From an uncultured Candidatus Saccharibacteria bacterium (lineage in GTDB: Bacteria; Patescibacteriota; WWE3; UBA101185; UBA10185), in the NCBI GenBank assembly GCA_964385105.1, contig CAYLMU010000002.1, positions 122,583 through 186,582 of the forward strand: DNA of 64,000 bases. The letters run 5' to 3'. The translations under genes and the position numbers were made by a program. Below the pieces are notes generated by a model. The model made no database searches, was not told where the DNA came from, and saw nothing but the letters and a program-made list of their open reading frames with translations. This document shows, in pieces, positions 59,105 to 64,000 of this stretch (the stretch's first letter is position 1; each line of letters starts with the position of its first letter).

Positions 59105-59131
59105 TTATCACTTTTATATCATGAGTGCTAA
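59105..59131 (-). promoter_or_regulatory. CIRCE element (HrcA operator) overlapping the hsp20 promoter
   Basis: TTAGCACTC-N9-AAGTGATAA, 2 mismatches from consensus; TTGACA at 59142-59137. Confidence 0.8.
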
Positions 59132-59185
59132 TTTTATGTCAAGGCATAATATGCTGTACTTACAGGATTCTTACACAACACAAAT

Positions 59186-59608
59186 ATGCTTCTATTATGC
59201 AAAAACTATTTTAATGTTATGGTTTTAAATAATAAGTCGTTTGAAAAAGCAAAAAAATTAATTAATGAAAAAAATTATGATGTTGAATGTGTTGATTGGC
59301 ATGATGTTATGCCTACACCTACAGACGAAAATAATTTTATTGAGTCAAATGGATGGTATGAATATTCCTTGTGGTTTTTAGGTATTGATCATCAAGGCGC
59401 CGAAGATCAGACTGAGTTTGAATTAGGCAGAAGTATCCCGCAAGAAAAGCTTAAGTATAATTTTCAGTATGGTGATTTTTCAAAGATTTATTTGTGTGCT
59501 TTGAAAAAAGCACTTGAAGATGCAAAAGATTTAAATTACTCAGATATCGTCGAAGCCTCCGAAAGCTTAATTAACATGTTAAACATAAAAGAAAGTTTAC
59601 AAAATTAA
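59186..59608 (+). CDS. Hypothetical protein
   Basis: ORF, no motif recognised; start may be 59219. Confidence 0.55.
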   Translation: MLLLCKNYFNVMVLNNKSFEKAKKLINEKNYDVECVDWHDVMPTPTDENNFIESNGWYEYSLWFLGIDHQGAEDQTEFELGRSIPQEKLKYNFQYGDFSKIYLCALKKALEDAKDLNYSDIVEASESLINMLNIKESLQN

Positions 59609-59611
59609 TCG

Positions 59612-59845
59612 TTATTCTGCTTTAACCCAATCACCCGAAGCTTCATCTTTTTTGTAAACATTTTTTACGGCAGACCATGCAACTTTATGAGCAGTTTCTT
59701 CACGATCTGAACCTTCATATCGGTCTTCCGGATTAGAATATTGCTCCCATGCATTATTAAATGCTTCTTTGTATATATCTTGAGCATGTTCAGGTAAATT
59801 GTTTTTAACGCTGTCAGGTAAATCAGATAAATTTTTATATGGCAT
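59612..59845 (-). CDS. chaB: ChaB family protein
   Basis: MPY....DLPDSV...LPEHAQDIY.EAFN.AW, AHKVAWSAVK. Confidence 0.9.
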   Translation of the reverse strand: MPYKNLSDLPDSVKNNLPEHAQDIYKEAFNNAWEQYSNPEDRYEGSDREETAHKVAWSAVKNVYKKDEASGDWVKAE

Positions 59846-59906
59846 TGTGTAATATTAGGTTATTAGTATAAAAGTACCAATATAGCAATGTAATAATTTT
59901 GTAAGT

Positions 59907-60905
59907 TTACTTTGTAGGTACAGGAAGTTTCAAAAATTCAAATGCACTCGTTGTTAGTTCTCTACCTCGCGGAGTTTTTTTTAAAAAGCCAATTTGCATT
60001 AAAAATGGTTCATGCACGGTTTCAATCGTTCCCACGTCTTCACTTATTGTTGCAGCAAGTGTCTCTAAACCTACAGGTCCACCTTGATGTTTTTCGGCTA
60101 TAATTAAAAGTAATTTTCTATCCGAGTTAGTTAAACCATAACTATCTATACTCATTAAATCAAGTGCATCTATGGCTGTTTCATATGTAATCACACCGTT
60201 AGCTTTAACTTGAGCATAATCACGAACCCTCTTCAAAAACCTATTTGCAATTCTTGGTGTTCCACGTGACCTTTTAGCCAGTTCGATAGCTGCTCTATCA
60301 TCAATTTTTACATTTAGCACATTAGCTGATCTTTTAATTATTGTTTTAAGTTCATCTTCTGTGTAAAAAGAAATTTTTTGAATTAAGCCGAATCGGTCTC
60401 TAATTGGTGATGAAAGCATGCCTATTCGAGTTGTAGCACCAACTACTGTAAATTTATTCAATTCAAGTCTTAAAGTTCTTGCACCGGGGCCTTTACCTAT
60501 AATTACATCAAGTCGGTAATCTTCCATAGCAGAGTAAAGTGTTTCTTCAACCGATTTGTTTATTCTATGAATTTCATCAATGAATAAAATATCACCGGGT
60601 TCAAGCGCTGTTAGTAAAGCCGCTATGTCCCCCACTCGTTGAAGTGTCGGACCTGAAGTTACTTTTACACCAACATTCATTTCATGAGCCAATAAACTTG
60701 AAAGGGTGGTTTTTCCTAATCCCGGAGGACCATAAAACATTATATGATCCAGATAATCTTTTCTTTTTTTTGCAGCATCAATTAAAATTCTTATTTGTTT
60801 TTTCAAATCATCCTGGCCTATAAAATCCTCAAGTTGCACAGGTCGCAATGTGTTTTCTATATATAAATCTTCTTGCTGTATTTCGTATGAAACTTCTTTA
60901 TTCAT
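59907..60905 (-). CDS. ruvB: Holliday junction helicase RuvB
   Basis: GPPGLGKTT, FIDEIHR, SRGTPRIANR. Confidence 0.97.
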   Translation of the reverse strand: MNKEVSYEIQQEDLYIENTLRPVQLEDFIGQDDLKKQIRILIDAAKKRKDYLDHIMFYGPPGLGKTTLSSLLAHEMNVGVKVTSGPTLQRVGDIAALLTALEPGDILFIDEIHRINKSVEETLYSAMEDYRLDVIIGKGPGARTLRLELNKFTVVGATTRIGMLSSPIRDRFGLIQKISFYTEDELKTIIKRSANVLNVKIDDRAAIELAKRSRGTPRIANRFLKRVRDYAQVKANGVITYETAIDALDLMSIDSYGLTNSDRKLLLIIAEKHQGGPVGLETLAATISEDVGTIETVHEPFLMQIGFLKKTPRGRELTTSAFEFLKLPVPTK

Positions 60906-61473
60906 ATTTACTTAAATTTTTAAGCGCGTAGCTAATAATTTTGTCTTCACTTTGCACATCTTTTGGTATATTCGTTAAAGCATTTGAGATTTCTGATCTA
61001 GTAAATCCCATACTTTTTAAGGCTTCCCACACACTCTTATTATAACTCTTTTCTTTTAAATCAAGATCGGACAGATTTTCTGCCTTGCTTTTTAAATCAA
61101 TAATTATTCTTTGTGCGACTTTTGTACCGATTCCTTTGGCCTTTTTAAAAAAATCAGTATCAGCCCTAGAAACGGCGCTCATAATTTGCTCTCCGTTTCC
61201 TGCATTAAAAATTGCTAATGCCGTGCGCGGCCCGATACCCGAAACAGATAATAACATTTTAAAAACACTTTTGTCGTTTCTGTTCAAAAAGCCATATAAA
61301 TCATCGGAAGCTTCAGTTTTATGATGTTCAATATAAATTTCAATTTCATCGTCTATATGAATTTGACTGTAAGTATTTTCATTAATAAATACTTCATAAC
61401 CGACATTATCGCAAAGTATTTCGATTGAATTAAGGCCTTTATACTGAATAATGCCTTTAAGGTATGAAATCAT
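60898..61473 (-). CDS. ruvA: Holliday junction binding protein RuvA
   Basis: MISYLKG, VGYEV, LYGF, VSGIGPRTA. Confidence 0.95.
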   Translation of the reverse strand: MISYLKGIIQYKGLNSIEILCDNVGYEVFINENTYSQIHIDDEIEIYIEHHKTEASDDLYGFLNRNDKSVFKMLLSVSGIGPRTALAIFNAGNGEQIMSAVSRADTDFFKKAKGIGTKVAQRIIIDLKSKAENLSDLDLKEKSYNKSVWEALKSMGFTRSEISNALTNIPKDVQSEDKIISYALKNLSKYE

Positions 61474-61480
61474 ATTACAA

Positions 61481-61978
61481 TTATAACTCTTTATTTAATA
61501 AGGATTTATTTGTGAATAAATGAGTGAGTGCTATTGCCGCAGCATCCGCAGCATGGTCTGGAGATATTTTTTCTTTTATACCTAATGTTTGTGAGACCAT
61601 ATATGTAACCTGATCTTTGTCTGCGTTGCCATAACCTGTAATTGTTGTTTTTATATTCAAAGGAGTATATTCCACAATCTCCAAATTTGAATAAAAGCAT
61701 GCAAGCTTAATTACCCCAATTGCTTGACCGACTTTTATTGCTGTTTTAGCGTTCTTTGCGAAAAACAGCTCCTCCATTGCAGCAATGGTAGGTTTTTCTT
61801 CACATGTCTCAATTATGTGCTTAACTTCTTCGAATATAAAGTGTAAGCGGGTGTCAAAACCACTTTTGTTGGTTGTTGTTATTACTCCATAGTCAATCAA
61901 TTTTTGTGATTTATGCGTACCTTTTACCACTGACCATCCTACAGATGCAAGTCCAGGATCTATTCCCAAAACTACCAT
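61481..61978 (-). CDS. ruvC: Holliday junction resolvase RuvC
   Basis: LGIDPG, EELFF, TGYGNADK, DHAADA. Confidence 0.96.
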   Translation of the reverse strand: MVVLGIDPGLASVGWSVVKGTHKSQKLIDYGVITTTNKSGFDTRLHFIFEEVKHIIETCEEKPTIAAMEELFFAKNAKTAIKVGQAIGVIKLACFYSNLEIVEYTPLNIKTTITGYGNADKDQVTYMVSQTLGIKEKISPDHAADAAAIALTHLFTNKSLLNKEL

Positions 61979-62136
61979 GATATGAGTATATCATTCTTAC
62001 AAAACTCTAACTCATCCCAAAATACGTTATTACCCAAATGTTAGTTAATATACGTATGACCATAGATAACATGCTATTAGCTGGTCTAATAGGTTCATAC
62101 ATTTTAATAAATTATCTAAGAGTATTGTTTTTATAA

Positions 62137-62601
62137 ATGTTATTTATATATGCTTTACTCATAGGAATAACTGCCGGTGTGGTAGTGGCAAAAATAGACC
62201 CTCAAAAGGTTAAGCTAAATTACATCGGCACTATTATTGCAGGATTGCTGGGTGCATTAATTCCTTCTCAATTATTGGATTTGGTTATTTTAGGCGATTC
62301 GACTTTTCCTATTATTCAAGTTACTGAAACTGCACTAGGAATGATTTTAGCTACATTTAGCGCATTTTTATTTGCATTTGTATATAGAGTAATTTATAGA
62401 AGTGATGATATTTTTAACGCTCTAAAAAGTTCGTTCGGATATTCAAACAGTTCACAATATTCCTATAAAAAAGGAAGACCTGCTTATGTGGGTTTAAAAG
62501 GTGGTAAAACCAATTCCGAGCAAAAAGATAACAATAATACAAATCCCGATTCTCAACCTGATTCCCAGAAAGAACAAGAAAAAAATAATCAAACCTCTTA
62601 A
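62137..62601 (+). CDS. GlsB/YeaQ/YmgE-like membrane protein with polar tail
   Basis: LLIG..AG.VA......IGTII.GLLGALI pattern. Confidence 0.55.
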   Translation: MLFIYALLIGITAGVVVAKIDPQKVKLNYIGTIIAGLLGALIPSQLLDLVILGDSTFPIIQVTETALGMILATFSAFLFAFVYRVIYRSDDIFNALKSSFGYSNSSQYSYKKGRPAYVGLKGGKTNSEQKDNNNTNPDSQPDSQKEQEKNNQTS

Positions 62602-64000
62602 TCATCATCATCTTCCTTCTCATCATCTTTATCCTTATCGTCACCCTCATCCTCATCACTTTTTTCTTCTGAATCTTTGTCCTCGTCATTATCATCGGGA
62701 GTGCATAATCGCTGTGGTATTGCCGAACCTTGAATAAAGTATTCTCTTGCGCTATTACACTTATCATCTACAAATACGATAATGTCATTTGGCATTTCAA
62801 AGGTTTCGTTAAACCCATTGTTAACCAAATTAGTCATAATTCTGTGCCAAATTGGTGCAGCTCCGCTTAATCCGGATGCCAGCTGTTCATTCATTGGGTC
62901 ATTATTATTGTTACCGACCCATACCCCCACGACGTAGTTTGGAGTGTATCCTAATGTATAGTTGTCCTTTTTGTTATCTGTGGTTCCGGTTTTTACTGCC
63001 ACGCTGTGACCAGGTACATTAAGCATGTTGTTAAACCCAAATTCTCTTGATCTGGCATAAGGGTCTGATAGTATGTTTGTTACCAGCCAGGCAACAGAAG
63101 GAGATATAACCTGTTTTTCAATTTGCTTGCTTTTATATATTTCTTTGCCTGTGTGGTCTTTTATACTCAAAAACGGAGTTGTTTCAATATATTCACCATT
63201 TCTTGCCAATGTGGCATAAACGTTTGCAAGCTCATGTAATGTAACCTCATACCCGCCAAGAGTAACAGATAATCCATAATCATCACTTAAATTCCAGCTC
63301 TTTATTCCCATTTGGTTAGCCAGTGCTGCTACATTGTTTGGCCCTAGCTGATGAGTGATTTTTACAGCAGGTACATTGTATGAGTTAGCCAGTGCTTGTC
63401 TTAAAGTTACATTTCCATGATATGAACGGTCATAGTTTTCGGGCTTGTATGTTTCCCAGTCATTTACGTATGATACTGGAGTATCTGCAATTATTGAAGC
63501 CGGAGAAAATCCGTTTTGAAACGCTAATGAATAAGTAACCGGTTTTAAAGCAGAGCCCGGCTGACGATATGCATTTACCATGTCTACCGCACCGTATGCA
63601 TCATTAAAGTAATCAATTGATCCTACATAAGCCAGAATTTCACCGGTTTTTGGGTCTAAAACAATTGAAGAGCCGTTAGTAATGTTTAAATGAGAACTAT
63701 TATTTACTTCTTCCGTAACAATGTTTTGTGCCATTTCCTGAATTTCAAGATCCAATGTGGTATAAACGTCAAGTCCGTGTGAATTTATATAATTTTCACC
63801 ATACTTTTGTTTTAATTCGGTTAGAACATAAAATACAAAATGTGGAGCTTTTAGTTCTGATGTTTGAGGTGCAAATACTAACTCTTCTTTTAATGCAGTG
63901 TCTGCCTCAGTTTGTGTTATAAAATTTTCTTCCACCATGCGAGTCAAAACATGCTCCTGACGCTTTTTTGCATCATCAAATGAACCATTATAGGGTGAAT
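62598..64000 (-). CDS. Class A penicillin-binding protein (C-terminal part, runs off the window), acidic tail
   Basis: QPGSALKP (SxxK), SYNVPA (SxN), KTGT. Confidence 0.92.
   Translation of the reverse strand, partial: SPYNGSFDDAKKRQEHVLTRMVEENFITQTEADTALKEELVFAPQTSELKAPHFVFYVLTELKQKYGENYINSHGLDVYTTLDLEIQEMAQNIVTEEVNNSSHLNITNGSSIVLDPKTGEILAYVGSIDYFNDAYGAVDMVNAYRQPGSALKPVTYSLAFQNGFSPASIIADTPVSYVNDWETYKPENYDRSYHGNVTLRQALANSYNVPAVKITHQLGPNNVAALANQMGIKSWNLSDDYGLSVTLGGYEVTLHELANVYATLARNGEYIETTPFLSIKDHTGKEIYKSKQIEKQVISPSVAWLVTNILSDPYARSREFGFNNMLNVPGHSVAVKTGTTDNKKDNYTLGYTPNYVVGVWVGNNNNDPMNEQLASGLSGAAPIWHRIMTNLVNNGFNETFEMPNDIIVFVDDKCNSAREYFIQGSAIPQRLCTPDDNDEDKDSEEKSDEDEGDDKDKDDEKEDDDD

Noticed and set aside
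62501-62767. His-rich and Met/Arg-rich ORFs and apparent repeats
   Set aside because: Alternative-frame readings of the Asp/Glu-rich low-complexity tail of the PBP

Overview
AT-rich bacterial chromosomal segment (standard code 11). Gene content (short PheT, leaderless-type starts, many small membrane proteins, Cas12d) suggests a Candidate Phyla Radiation/Patescibacteria genome, possibly WWE3/Katanobacteria-like (inference). Core genes: pheT, pheS, rplT, rpmI, infC (ATA start), thrS, truB, rel, clpP, tig, trxB, sod, ruvCAB, a class A PBP and six tRNAs. Main finding: a complete, minimal type V-D (CasY/Cas12d) CRISPR locus at 35.9-41.1 kb. It comprises a 1133-aa RuvC effector, a candidate scoutRNA with the GCCTT pairing motif, an array of 14 identical plus 1 degenerate 25-nt repeats with 18-19-nt spacers, and a lone cas1 (no cas2/cas4). 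It sits between a decayed folA and tRNA-Pro. Also notable: an uncharacterised 8-kb seven-gene envelope/peptidoglycan-hydrolase cluster (23.4-31.5 kb) with structured intergenic RNAs, and several unannotated small ORFs including a 32-aa peptide with a synonymously diverged 12-aa tandem repeat. Further features are a switch-like 5' UTR, a two-hairpin sRNA candidate, a CIRCE operator, and four broken genes. All calls come from reading the sequence and recalling family motifs; no database searches were run.
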